A DNA stretch of 64,000 bases. Source: Chiloscyllium plagiosum (Eukaryota). Each line of letters opens with the position of its first letter. Within the stretch, counting starts at the first letter, position 1. The DNA lies in assembly GCF_004010195.1 (NCBI RefSeq), contig NC_057717.1, positions 106,706,566-106,770,565 of the forward strand, in the 5' to 3' direction. Shown piece after piece: positions 46,714 through 59,299 of this stretch. The notes beneath the pieces were generated by a model that worked only from the letters and a program-made list of their open reading frames with translations, made no database searches and was not told where the DNA came from. Made by a program: the position numbers and the translations under genes.

Positions 46714-46950
46714 AGGACATTGAGAGAGGCAAGTCAAGACAAAAATCTCAGCTGGAGAAGAGAGTCTAGCAAAAAGCAGAGAACAGAGAATTGTGTATCT
46801 TCTCAGATCATATTTGTGCAGCCAATGAGACAGAAACTACCTGTCCAGAATAGGGCTCCAAAGCCACACCAAGTGATGCTTCATTCAGAACCACCAGTCT
46901 CTCCTTACTGATTTGACTTCTCTAAAGCTCTCTGTCCTCAACATCTCCCT

Positions 46951-47310
46951 TTAAGACATAGGAGCAGAAATTAGGTCATTCAGCCCATCGAGTCTACTCT
47001 GTGATTCAATCACGGCTGATAGGTTTTTCAATCCCATTTTCCTGCTTTTGCCCTGTAACCTTTGATCCCCTTTGGCAATCAAGGACTTAGCTATCTCTGT
47101 TCTAAATATACTCAATGACCTGGCCTCCACAGCCTTCTGTGACAATGAATTCCACAGATTCACCAGTCTCTGGCTAAAGAGTTTCTCCTTATTTCCATTC
47201 TAAAGGGTTTTCCCTTTACTTTAAGGTTGTGCCCTCGGGTCTTCATCTCTCCTGCCAATGGAAACATCTTCCCAATGTCCACTCTGTCCAGACCATTCAG
47301 AATTCTGTAA
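46951..47310 (-). mobile_element. CR1 LINE 3' fragment
   Basis: VNLWNSLSQKAVEARSLSIF. Confidence 0.85.
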
Positions 47311-47771
47311 TGGATCTCTCTCTACACCTTCATCTCTGATCAGGATGGCCTGACAGGTTCCAGTTCTTCCTTCAATGGAGATCCAAGCAATTTTGATCCA
47401 GTGCCCCCCTCATCTGTATCCAGCTGAACTTCTTTGCTTTTAACTCATCTCACTGACTAAAATAAAAGTTGTAGTCAAGGTTAACCACACTGGATCCAAG
47501 GTATACCTGGTTTGTGGGCTACGTGGAATATTTCTTATTCCAGTCCTACACTGTATCACTTCCTATCAACTCTTTTTCCAGTATAGTATGACACAAGCAA
47601 TGCCTTTTTCTACTCTGCCCTAAACTGGAAAACTTCATTACATTTCTTTTCAATTTCATCATTCTCTCACCTTCATTTTGTTCATTTCTGATTCTTCCCT
47701 ATCCAGCCTTGACATCACTATCTTCCCTTCTGGAGGTAGGATGAGACTGTATTAAGTGGTATTAACTGGAT

Positions 47772-48605
47772 TGTAAGTTTGCAGATGACAACAAAATTGA
47801 TGGTATAGTGGACAGGTTATCCAAGAGTACAAGAGACATTGATCAGCTAGGCCAATGGGCCGAGGATGGCAGATGAAGTTTAACTCAGATAAATGCGGGG
47901 TCTTGCTAAGACAAATTGGGGCAGGACTTACACAGTTAATGGTAGGGGACTGGGGAGTGTTGTTGAACAGAGAGATCCAGGAGTGCACATACAGTTTCTT
48001 GGAAGTGGCATTACAGGTAGACAGGGTGGTGAAGATGGCATTTGGCACACTTGCCTTCATTGGTCAGAACACTGAGTACAGGAATTTGGACATCATGTAA
48101 CGACTGTGCAAGACATTGGTAAGGCCAAATTTGGAGTCTAGTGCATTTCTGGTTTCCTTGATATAGGTCAAGTTATTAAACTGGAAAGCATGCAAAAAAA
48201 GATTTGTTACAGAGACTAGAAGGTTTGAGCTGTAGGGCGAATTGGAGGCTAAAGAACGACCTTATAGAGGTTTATAAAATCAGGATCGGACTACAGAGGT
48301 TGAATAGACAAGGTCTGTTCCCCAGGTTAGGGGAATTCAAAACTAGAGGGTATAGGTTTAAGATGAGAGGGGAAAGATTTAAAAGGGATCTGAGGGTCAA
48401 CTTTTTCACACAAAGTATGGTGCACATATGAAACAAGCTGCCAGAGGAAAAATTACAACATTTAAAAGACATGTACACAGAGAGGAAAGGTTTACAGTGA
48501 TCTGGGCCAAATGCAGGGAAATGGGAATAATTTATTTTAGGCAATCTAGTCGGCATGGATGAATTATGCAGAAGGGCCTGCTTCTGTGCTGTATGACTTT
48601 TATAA
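47772..48605 (+). mobile_element. CR1 LINE 3' fragment
   Basis: KFADDNKI..WQMKFN..DLIEVYKI..FFTQ. Confidence 0.88.
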
Positions 48606-48966
48606 CTGACATCCATCAGGAGTCCTTCTATTTTATCATTCTGCCATTCACACCTCCTCAGGCCACACCTTTAACCTTATTACCACTCCTTTTGTCTCTG
48701 CACCATCAACCCTTTGTTATTTGTATCTGTAATTTAATATATCATTTAAATCATAGAATAGATTAATGAGAATGGTCCCAGAAATGAGGGACTTTAATTA
48801 AGCAGATAGAGTCTTTGAGACTGCTTTTGTTGAATTGGTTGTGAAGTGATTTGAAACATCATGAGAGTCTGGGCAAAGTAGATAGGGAGAAACTCTTCCC
48901 AATGGAGAAGGATCAAGAGCGAGAGGGCACCAGTTTAAGGGCAGTGACATGAGGAGAAACATTTGC

Positions 48967-49665
48967 CCAAGGAACTCATTATTGACTTTTGGCAGGATGT
49001 TACTCACGCACCCCTACACATTAACAGCACAGAGGTGGCACGAGTGGAGAGTGTCAAGCTCCTGGGAGTGGGCATCCACAACAAGCTTTCTTGGACTCTT
49101 CATGTGGACACACTGGTTACAAAGGCCCAACAACATCTCTTCTTCCTCAGGCAGCTGAGGAAATTTGGTATGATGGCAAATACCCTTACCAATTTTTATC
49201 GGTCCGCTATCGAGAGTACTCTGTCTGGATGTATCACTACCTGGTATGTTCAACCGTACCACTCAAGATCGGAGATGGTTACAGAGAGTGGTGAACCCGG
49301 CCCGGACAATCACAAAGGCCAAACTCCCATCTATAGAATCCATCTGCCAGGCCTGCTGTCAAGGAAAGGCCGCCAGCATTCTCAAAGATCCATCCCACCC
49401 TGGCAACGTTTATCTACAACCTCTACCATCGGGAAGAAGGTACAGAAGCCTGAACACATGCACTAGCCAGGTTTTGTAACAGTTTCTACCCTACTGTTGT
49501 TAGAATACTGAATGGACGCACAAACTCTTAACATTCGCCTGTACCTGTGTTTATGTTTTTGCCGCTGTTTACCTATTATTTACTCATCTGTGCTACTTAA
49601 CTCTGTGATCTGCCTGTATTGCTCGCAAGACAAAGCTGTTCACTGCGCCTTGGTACACGTGACAG
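48967..49665 (+). mobile_element. Rex1/Babar 3' fragment
   Basis: KELIIDF..KAQQHLFFLRQLRKF..PLPSGRRYRS; highly similar to 39936-40298. Confidence 0.92.
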
Positions 49666-49944
49666 TAGGACCTAGAAGACACTTGCTGAAAATGCGGTGG
49701 AGGTAGATTCAGTTTAAGACTGAAGATGGAATTGGATTATTTTCTAAAAATGGAGAATGTGCGGGGCTGCCATGAGGTAAATCGCTCATTTAGACACAAT
49801 GCAGCAATGGCCTCACATGCTTAAATTCTACCAATCCCCTACTTCAGTTTGAAACATTTTATAATTCTAACTTTACTAACCTGAAATACACAGTTTATTT
49901 CCTGACTAGCTGAGTTTCTTTGACTCCTGTAGTCTGTGGGAATT

Positions 49945-50280
49945 TATGGGCTCGGACTGCCCCGTTGCTCGGAGACGGTTGCTCCGGGGATTGGGAGGAG
50001 GAACGTGTTGACGTCATCACGGCGGGGGCGCGCCTGCGCGGTGAGTCTGGGTCTCGGAGCAGGTAATATGGCGGTGCCTGCGCTGGCGGGATCGGGGGTT
50101 GCTGTGGAAACCGGGCTTTGGGTTTCCGAGGTTTCTCGGCGGCCTGGCCCGGCGCGGCGCAGGGGGAATCCGTCTCTCCCGCCTAACATCCGTCTTTTCT
50201 GCCGATTGTCCTCGTTGTCACTCCCGGGATGACGGGGGTTCGGAAACTCTACCGTTTTCAGCCTCTGTTCCCACGAACAG
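49945..50280 (+). promoter_or_regulatory. YJU2B: CpG-island promoter / non-coding first exon of YJU2B
   Basis: Only CpG-dense block in the window. CRE TGACGTCA 50009-50016, GC box 50021-50030, NRF1-like GCGCCTGCGC 50030-50039, YY1-like AATATGGCGG 50065-50074; donor-like GT at 50041 and 50063. Confidence 0.8.
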
Positions 50281-50524
50281 TCTCCATTAGTTTTCCTCCT
50301 CAAGCCCCTCTTCCCCCTTCAGTGTTCCCCTACCCACCCTCTCCTTCCCTTTTCCTCCTACCCACCCTTTCCATCCCTTTTTCTCCTCCTCCATCTCCTG
50401 ACCCTTTATTCCTTTTTCCTCTCTGTCCTCCTGTGACCATCCACTTAATCTCAGCACAGACATACATCAGTAAGAAGTGTCAGGAAATCCTGGCAACCTC
50501 ACTCAATGTTTCTTTTGTCCACAG

Positions 50525-50585
50525 GCTGTTGGATTGCATTGGAAACCATTTGACAGTGGACTGGAAGTTCAAGAGATAAGCCATG
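50525..50585 (+). CDS. YJU2B: YJU2B exon ending in the ATG (coding part 50583-50585)
   Basis: Acceptor TTTCTTTTGTCCACAG; AAGCCATG|GTAAAT donor; the next exon starts GERK and lacks a Met. Confidence 0.8.
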
Positions 50586-53500
50586 GTAAATATGCTGGTC
50601 ATGCTTTGTATTGAGAATGAGTATTTATGTACTATACAAGCAATTGATCAATGGTGTCTATCTAAAGGGAAGGTCAAAAATCACATAACTTGGACTATAA
50701 CCTGGTATTGTGTGACTTTTAACTTTGTCCACCCCATCCAATACTGGCACCTCCATATAAAGTGGTGTAACATTTTGTTTGAGTCTTGTGTCCTGATTTA
50801 ATTCTGGCTAATTATCTTAGAATCCTTACAGTGTGGAAACAGGCCTTTCATAAGTCCACACAGACCCTCTGAAGAGTATCCCACCCAAACCCATTCCCTG
50901 TTACTCTACGTTTACCCCTGACTAATGTACCTAAACTACACATCCCTGAACACTATGGGCAATTTAGCATAGCCAATTCACCTAACCTGCTCATCTTTGG
51001 AAAGTGGGAGGAAGCCAGAGCTCCTGGAGGAAACCCACACAGACATGGGGAGAAGGTGCAAATTCCACACACAGTTGCCTGAAATTAGAATCGAACCTGG
51101 GCTCCCTAGCCCTGTGAGGCAGCAGTGCTAACCACTGAGCCACTGTCCTGCCAAATTAGGTAATAATACAGTTGCTGTTTGGATTTGCATCGTTAAGTGT
51201 AAACTGTGATTCATTGCAGTCTATTTTTTGAATATGGGTCTGAAATGTTTCTTTTGTAATGTATTTGGATGGGAATATAGAAGGTATAGCTAGTAAGTTT
51301 GCAGATGATATCAAAATTGGACATAATCTCAGAACAACAGGATCTTGATCAGATGGGCTGAGGTGTGGGATATGGAATTCATTTAGATAAATGTGAGGTG
51401 CATTTTGGTAAGGCAAATTGAGGATGTATATAATTAAAGATAAGGTCCTGAGGAGTGTTGCTGAACAATGAGACCTTGGAGTGCAGGTTCATAGTTCCTT
51501 GAAAGTGGAGTCTTAAATAGGACAGTGAAGAAGGTATTTGATATGCTTGCTTTTATTGGACAATGCATTGAGTGTAGGAATTCGGACATCATGTTGCAGC
51601 TCTACAGGATATTGGTTAGGCCACTTTTGGAATCCTGCATTCAGTTCTGGTCTCCCAGCTATCGAAAGTATGTTGTGAAACTTGAAAGGGTTCAGAAAAG
51701 ATTTACAAGGGTTTTACTAGGGTTGGAGGGTTTGATCTATCGGGAGAGGCTGAATAGACTGTTTTTCCTGGAGTGTCGGAGGGTGAGGGGTGACCTTTTA
51801 GAGATTTATAAAATCATGAGGGGCATGGATAGGGTAAAAATACAAGGTATTTTCCCTGGGATGGGGTGTCCAAAACAAGAGAGCATAGGTTTAAGGTGAA
51901 GGGGAAAGATTTAAAAGGGACCTGAGAGGCAACTTTTCCCACACAAAGAATGATATCTGTATGGAATGAATTGCCAGAGGAACATCCCTATGACTCTATC
52001 AGTGGTGGAGGTGGTTACAATTACAACATTTGAAAGGCATCTGGATGGGTATATAAATGGGAAGGGTTTAGAGGGGTATGGGCCAGGTGCTGGCAAATAG
52101 GGCTATTAACTTGGGATATCTGGTTGACGTTTGAGGTGATTGAAGGGTCTATTTCCACGCTGTACATCTCCATGACTCTATAGCACTAATTAAAATTTAA
52201 ATTATTCAGGAAGACATTCAAAACATTGTCAGGTATGCTACTGACATTCTTCACTGCAGAATCAATCTGAGCGCTCACTCTGAATCTGTGTGAGCCTCAA
52301 AGGTGAGACTATGCTATTGCAGCTGGTTGAAGCCCCAGTTTTAAAAATCCTTGACAGATGGGTTGTTGCAGAAGTTGCGGCCTGCTGACTAGAAGGATGT
52401 TTGCCTTGTTATGTGATGAGGCTCCGCTTTATAACGTTTTGCAAACAGTCTTCCCAGTAGTCGGTCCAAAGGCTCTGGTTTGATCCCGAGTTTGACACCT
52501 TGTCTCTGTCCAGTCAATGGTTTACCTAAGGGATACTAGTTGGGTAAACCTGTTGGGACTTCTGGCTGTCGAGAATTGGCTAGGGTTTGACCATTGAAAC
52601 CTTCATATTTAAAATTTCATATCAGTGCTATTGCCTGGACTCTGGTGAGGAATAGCCACATCAATGTTGGACTGGGATGTCCTGCCCTTGAGGAATTCTC
52701 AATCCTGTGAGAGGTGGCCTCTCTAGGCTGGAGAGGCATGCATTCAAGACAAAAGAAAAACTTAGCTAATCATTGTGCAAATTATTTTTTCTTCCCTATA
52801 GGGGGAACGGAAAGGTGTGAACAAGTATTACCCACCTGACTTTGATCCTGCCAAGGTAAGAGTTCAGTGTGTTTGAGATAAAGTGCTTGGTGGAATGGTG
52901 CTTAAGAACTGCAAGCTGTATCCACAAGATATTTTCATACAGCAACTGTGTGCTATTGTCTTTCTATCCTGACTTGGAACTAATATTACCATTCCTTCAC
53001 TGTTGCTGGCTCAAAAAACCTTGAACTGCCTTCTCTAACAGCACTGTGGGTGTATCTATGCCCCAAAGACTGCAACTGTTTAAGAAAGTAGCTCACACCA
53101 TGTTCTCAAGGGCTGTTTCGGTTGGGCAATACATTTTGCCTTGTTAAAATCACTCGTATCCCATGAATAATAGTTTTTATCAAAAAAAACTTACATTTAT
53201 TTTATGCCTTTAACATTGTAAAACCTGAAGAGTGTTTCACATCAAAAACTAGATAGGCTGGGGTTGTTTCCCTTAGAGGGCAGAAGCCTGAGGGAGGATC
53301 TGTTTGAGGTGTAAGAAGCCCTGAGTGTGGATAGCAAGAAACTTTTTCCCCTTAGTGGAAAGGGCAGTAATCAGTTGGCACAGCTTTCAGATGAGGAGTC
53401 AGAGGTTTTGAGGGGGTTTGAGCAAAAACATTTTCCTAGAGGGTTGTGGGCATCTGGAACTCTGACTAAAATAGGCAGGAACCCTCAAAACATTTAAAAA

Positions 53501-56500
53501 TCAACTAGATAAACTCTTGAAATGCCATTGTGCACAAAGCCTAGTGCTGGAGAATGGGGTTATAATAGGTAGGTGTTTGATGACCAACGTTCACATGATG
53601 GGCTGAAAGGCCTCTTTCTGAGACGTAAAAACTGAGTGGTGATATCAGCAAGCTGGGCTTGGTTCTGTGAGAGAACTAAAGATGGGAGGAGTTGGGTGGA
53701 GGGATTTCAATGCTAAGCAATGTACTCTGGCTTTAAACCGTAATGTTTCTCTTCCTTGTTTTTTCTCAACTGGGATGATGTCTTTCTAACCTGACAGCAT
53801 GGATCCCTCAACAAATACAGGAACAGTCATCCTCTGCGGGAAAGGGCACGAAAACTCTCCCAAGGAATCCTCATTATTCGGTGAGTCTCCTGCTGAATCT
53901 GAATTTTCAGCTACTCTGTTTTCTTGTGCATTTGTATCTGTAGGAGCCAAGACAATCTGTTGGGATTTCTGTGTACGCAACTGGGGTTGACGTTCTGTGT
54001 GTTGCAGTTGGGGTTAGAGGGGACAGGGACGACGATGACGACAACTCATTCCCAGCTCTGCTCTAGCACTCTCTCTCTCTCTCTCTCTGTATGTACAGTT
54101 GTCTGCCATGTGGTCCAATTAAAGGGATGTCAAATAAGTTTTCTTCCTCAATTGCTATCCAAGCAGAGTTGGTCTGAGTAGTGGATGAGCAAGAGTTGGT
54201 CAGCTTGGCTGTGGTAACCACACTTTCCTGATTAATGTCTTGTTCATACTCACTGGACAGGCCCTTGCCATGGCCTGTTGATGTGCCTGATAGTCAATGG
54301 AATTGGATCTTCAGGGTGACAGATATCATTGTGGCTTATTAGGAATAGTTTACCAGTAACTGAATCTTCTGCTTTCTCAAAGGTTCGAGATGCCATATAA
54401 CATCTGGTGTGATGGTTGTGGGAAGCACATTGGAATGGGTAAGTCTATGACAGTGTGCAGGATATAATGGGATTGGGCTGGGGGAGTTAGTGCATTCAGC
54501 CTTTTCATCTCTTCAGCCCAAATGTGGAGTCAGTGTAAACCAGCTGGAGAAAACTTGTATCTCTGCTGCTTCATGGCAGTTAATTGAAGAGCAATGAGAT
54601 GTAGTTAGCTTCACTTGAGTTTGGCTCCGCAGAACAACATTTGCTGTTTAGGAGATGCCATAAGGAGGGAAATTGCAAACATGCAGTAGAACCTTTATCC
54701 AAGCAGGATTGTTTGCAAGAATAAGGAGCATTACTCTGTATCTAACCCTGTACTGTTCCTGTTCTGGGAATGTTTGGGGACAGAGTAGAGGGAGTTTTTA
54801 CTTTATATTTAAATCTGTGCAGTACCTGTTTCTAGAACAGCGTAGAGGAAACTTTAGTCTGTATCGAATCCTATGCTGTCCCTGTCCTAGGAGTGTTTGA
54901 TGGGGACAGTGTCACAGGATCTTTTACTTGGTTTAAAATAGCAGAGGGAGCTTTACTTGGCTCAAAAGAATAAAGGGAACTTTACAGTCTTTCTAACTCT
55001 ATGCTGTGTAACTACCCTGGAAGTGTTTCTTGGGGACAGTATAAAGATAGCTTTCCTATGGGTTTAAAAGAGTAGATGCTAAAGGGTTAAAAGTCCTTTC
55101 CTCATTCCAGGTGTCCGGTATAATGCAGAAAAGAAGAAAGTTGGGAATTACTACACAACCCCCATCTACAGGTACCACTCCTGTTCACCTCATCCTCTGA
55201 AGCTCAGTCAGGGCTTGGCTGCTCCTCTCCTTTTCATTGTTTCATCGGGACAGATTGATCCTCCCTTTCCTTTGGCAGAGGCAGGCTCACCATTCCTTTA
55301 CTGTCAATGAATCAAAAATCTGCATCTCCTTCCCTAATGGCATTGTGAGTGCACCCCCCATTGACTGCAGCATTTCAAGAAGTGGTTCACATTATGAAGG
55401 CCTAGCCAATAGTGCTGGTATTGTAAACTTTTTTAAAATTACCTTATTTCTCGACCATAGTCGAGAATTAGTCTTGCTGTGTCGGGCAGTCCAGTGATAA
55501 TAGAATGGGTCTGCGTGCTCTTCATTTGTTCACTAGCTGCCAGTATGTGTGTTTGAGATGGTGTGACTGCTGGAGTGGGATCTCCTGTTTGAATGATCCA
55601 GTTCACCACATGTTCTCCCTCTGGAAAACCCTTGTCCCCATTGTCATGCACCTCAAGGTCCAGCTGTAATCAGGCTGTCCCTGTATGGCTGCTCATGAGG
55701 ACTCTAAGGGAAGACAATGACAGGTGGGAGGATTCCCTGATTTTTGGCCAGGCCCCTTTTCTAGCACAGAAATGTGACTCCCTTTTGCTTGCTTGATCGC
55801 TCACTCTCACACGGGTGGGTTCTTGATTTTGGAGCTGGATTGTTTCCTTGCTCACGCACTGTCAGTGTTCCGTTAAGTCTGGTGTTGGATGTTGCAGATT
55901 TCGGATGAAGTGTCATTTGTGTGTGAATCACATCGAGATGCAGACTGACCCAGCCAACTGTGACTATGTGATAGTGAGTGGAGCACGGCGCAAAGAGGAG
56001 CGGTGGGACATGAAGGACAATGAGCAAATCTTAACAACAGGTTAGTGACCCAGCAGGAGGGAGCAGAGAGTGGGGATTAAGGGAAGGAGTGGGACAAAGG
56101 GGAGGGGTCTCTGAGGGAGGTGAGAATGCAGGCAGGGATGATAGTGTATGTGGGGGAGGGTGGAATGATGGTCAGGATGCTTGACAAGCCAGGTTAGTGA
56201 GGGTCGGCTCGATTGGGGAGGTGAGGGTCTCTGGCTCAGGAGTTGATGTGATGTGATGTGAGGGTGAGTGTGGCATTGAATGGGTCTTTGTGAATTCGGG
56301 CTGATAGTTGGTCTGAGTGTGCTGCTTTCACTTTAATCACATGAAGATTATTGATCCTCCAGAGCATGAAGAGAAGAAGTTGTTGGAGACAGATGCCATG
56401 TACAAGTTGGAACATGGAGTCAGTGACCAGGAGAAGCTGAAGATTGCCATTCCCACCTTGTCCGATATCCAGGAGATGCAGAATGCTTGGAAAGATGACT

Positions 56501-58493
56501 TTGCCATGAACAGCATGCTGCGCAAGAAATTCCGGGTGCGTTTGCTGATGCAGATTCTGTGAAGCTATTAGTCCAGCACCCCTCACACTCCAGCCCACCT
56601 CTCCCAGAGAAAGGCAGCACCACCAGTTACAGCCCCTCCTTGAGAGAGTGAACAGCACCAGTTAGCATTGTGGTGTCTCCCACATGTGAGCACATTGGCT
56701 GGTAGGGGTGGGGGTATATCTTTCTGAGAACCATCAAACAATTAAAAAGATAAAGGGTGTGTAGATAATCACTAAACACAAAGCAGAAAGTCATTGCTAA
56801 AGATATCTTTATATTCCTGGTGCCCACGTGTTTTCCATTTAGCTCTCCTATTTCATTGCGGTCATGAATGTTAATTCTTAATAAACAATTACATTTCTCC
56901 TGTCTTTAGGATGAGAAAAAGGTGTTGAAAGAGGTGGAAGAGAAAGATGAAGCTCTTCGGAACAAAGCATCTCTCAGTATCCCTCTGGTTCAGGAGTCTG
57001 AGGATGATAAACACCTGGCTTCGCTTCTCAAATTCCATACTATGGATTGTAAGTTGGGTGACGATCAATATTAATGCGTAGAAGGGTGCAGAGTAGGAGC
57101 TGATTTCAGCATTAACACTGCTGCATTACAGCTGTGTTTATAGGAAGGAAAATTCTCAACTAATATCTTGGGAGCAATATGGTTCATCCTCTGGTGTTCT
57201 GGGAAAGTCCTAGGCAATGTCTGTGGTTTCTCAGCACCCAGTCTGGAACAGGGGAGGGTATCATTGTGAGTGATGGTAAAGTACATGGTCAGGGAGACCT
57301 GGCAAAGCTCTCTGAAGTCCATGTAACCAGATTCTCTGTGTAGTCAGAGAGTGACGACACACACACTGGGTCTGTGCAATGGGGTGTCCCAGAACTCCCC
57401 ACCCACTGTGATTTTGTAAACTTCCATGGGGGCGCATGGGGTTCAAGGTCACTGTATCAGTGTTAGGGACAGAGGAGCTAAAGAAACCCTTTAGGCTAAG
57501 AACCTCAGGGTTAAATGCATTTGGTCAAAACTGAATACAAAGAGAATAGCGTTCACCTCTGAGAATCCATGATGATGGCACTGACTCTCTGTAGCAGTCC
57601 CTACCTGTGCTGAATTTGGTTTCAGCTGAAGATCACTGGGACATGACGAATAATCACCTGATTCAGTAAGACTGACCCAGTTTGAACCACTCATTATCTA
57701 ATGACTCCAAACTGGATTATGCATGTGTCTCAGCAGTAACATTCTCGAGTAAAATGACCCTTTGGGTAAGTTAGAATATTTCCTCTTGTACTAAAGAGCA
57801 GAGCTTAAAGATCATTGATGTGTCACCAAGAAATACGGTTGGAAATTCAGGAGAAACATGTACACCACAGGGAGGGACTGAATAAGAAATTTAACATTTT
57901 GAGGGAGAATGTTGAAGAGGGTTAAGCTGAGATTAAATGGAAAGAAGTTTGAGTGTCTCTAAAACGCCAGGCCAGGCGGACTGACCTGTTTGTTTCTGTT
58001 GTATCTGCGGGAATTGCAGTGATTCTGATGTTCCACTATTTCTTATACAGCCTACGAGGACAAGCAAAGGTTGAAAAGGAAGGAAATCACCTCCAGGTCC
58101 TGGTTTGCATCATCACAAGTTGCCATGGGAGAGAAGGCTGGTGAGACCTTGAAAAAACTTGGCCTGAATAAAATATTAACAACCAAATCCACAAACAGCC
58201 CAAATGGATTTGCTGCAAGTAATCTTGGAATAATTCGACGGAAATCAGAAAGCCAGAAACAGCAGTCGCTCTTGATCAGCAGAAAGAAGGATTCTGGATC
58301 GAAGATGAGAAATAGAACAGATCAAAAGGACCATGTTCCAGACAGTACAACTGGAGACTGTGTTAGTGACTTGAAGGAAGAAGCTGACATTTCCCTACAG
58401 ACTGAAGCGGTGATAGACTCGGATCGAGATCTCAATACCAGCTCCCTTGTTGCAGACTATTCTGACTCTAGTTCAGACACCGATGTTGTCTGA
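50583..58493 (+). CDS. YJU2B: YJU2B/CCDC130 splicing factor (CWC16 family), 9 coding exons, 1155 nt, 384 aa
   Basis: join(50583-50585,52802-52855,53798-53880,54383-54438,55111-55171,55898-56040,56363-56535,56910-57048,58051-58493). All introns GT-AG with consistent phases. Protein MGERKGVNKYYPPDFDPAKHGSLN..RFEMPYNIWCDGC..FRMKCHLC..SLVADYSDSSSDTDVV. Confidence 0.95.
50815..51152 (-). mobile_element. HE1-like SINE (YJU2B intron)
   Basis: Same head and body as 20163-20482. Confidence 0.87.
51258..52182 (+). mobile_element. CR1 LINE 3' fragment (YJU2B intron)
   Basis: KFADDIKI; LYRILVRPLLESCIQFWSP; tail CTCCATGACTCTA. Confidence 0.9.
52802..52855 (+). CDS. YJU2B: YJU2B coding exon 2 (GERKGVNKYYPPDFDPAK)
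   Basis: TTTTTTCTTCCCTATAG acceptor, GTAAGA donor. Confidence 0.95.
53250..53625 (+). mobile_element. Decayed CR1 3' fragment
   Basis: GATAGGCTGGGGTTGTTTCCCTTAGAG..GATGGGCTGAAAGGCCTCTTTCTG. Confidence 0.7.
53798..53880 (+). CDS. YJU2B: YJU2B coding exon 3 (HGSLNKYRNSHPLRERARKLSQGILIIR)
   Basis: CTAACCTGACAG acceptor, GTGAGT donor. Confidence 0.95.
54383..54438 (+). CDS. YJU2B: YJU2B coding exon 4 (FEMPYNIWCDGCGKHIGM)
   Basis: CTTTCTCAAAG acceptor, GTAAGT donor. Confidence 0.95.
54722..55075. repeat. Degenerate ~60-70-bp tandem repeat in YJU2B intron
   Basis: Recurrent GAGGGAGCTTTACTCTGTATCTAAC..CCTGGGAGTGTTT..GGGGACAGTGTA units. Confidence 0.75.
55111..55171 (+). CDS. YJU2B: YJU2B coding exon 5 (GVRYNAEKKKVGNYYTTPIYR)
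   Basis: CCTTTCCTCATTCCAG acceptor, GTACCA donor. Confidence 0.95.
55898..56040 (+). CDS. YJU2B: YJU2B coding exon 6 (FRMKCHLCVNHIEMQTDP..NEQILTT)
   Basis: GTTGCAG acceptor, GTTAGT donor. Confidence 0.95.
56363..56535 (+). CDS. YJU2B: YJU2B coding exon 7 (EHEEKKLLETDAMYKLEHG..RKKFR)
   Basis: TCCTCCAG acceptor, GTGCGT donor. Confidence 0.93.
56910..57048 (+). CDS. YJU2B: YJU2B coding exon 8 (DEKKVLKEVEEKD..LLKFHTMD)
   Basis: TTTCTCCTGTCTTTAG acceptor, GTAAGT donor. Confidence 0.95.
58051..58493 (+). CDS. YJU2B: YJU2B last coding exon (SYEDKQRLKRKEITSRSWF..DTDVV*)
   Basis: TTTCTTATACAG acceptor; TGA at 58491-58493. Confidence 0.93.
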
Positions 58494-58509
58494 GCTGTGC
58501 CTGTGTGTA

Positions 58510-58554
58510 AATAAATGCAAATAGGTTCATGATTTACAATTCCTGTACAATAAA
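58510..58554 (+). terminator. YJU2B: Candidate polyadenylation signals of YJU2B
   Basis: AATAAA at 58510-58515 and 58549-58554; TGTA just upstream of each. Confidence 0.65.
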
Positions 58555-59299
58555 TACTCACATCAACCTGTGTTTCTGAGGGAATCTAGTTATTGAAGTT
58601 AACCTGTGACATTGACCTTCAGGAGCAGCATGCTCCATGATCAACCTTGGGCTTGATCCCAAACTTGGTGTCTGTCCCCAATCAGCTTGGAAAACCATGT
58701 GAGAAAACCACTTTCTATAATTACATGAAATGTTCAACACTGAAACAGGTGTGGTTAATGTTGCACACAATCCTGTGTCCACCCCATCAACAGAATCTTG
58801 TGTCTATCTGTCACTTGAAAGCTAATACCGTTCTCCTCAGCCACTCCTTGTGGTACCTAGTTCCATCTTATCACCTGTCTCCAGGTAACGGTTTTTTCTG
58901 AATGCTTTATAAGTAATTATATTCTTCTTTTGTGCACAAGGCCAGCACTTATTGCCCATTTTTAGTTGCCCTGGAACTGAGAGGCTTACTAGACCAATGC
59001 AGAGGATGGTTGCTATGAGTCTATGATGACATACATCACACACGAGGTAAGAACGACCAAATTCCTTCTCCAAAAGACACCGTGAACTGGATGGATTGTT
59101 ACAATAATGATAATAGTTATAGTCTTCATTACGGAGGCTAGCTTTCAATTCCAAATTTATTGAATTTAAATTTAATCAGCTGCCAGGGAGGAATTCAATC
59201 CCATTTTCCTCAGGTTATTAGAAAAGAAATTAATCTCCAGTCGGAGGCAAGGTTGTTGGAGTAGTCTGCATAGCTTTGTCAGCAGGAGCTGATGCCTAA

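Noticed and set aside
49936..50303. ORFs on both strands of the CpG island
   Set aside because: GC-rich low-stop sequence; no recognisable protein similarity.
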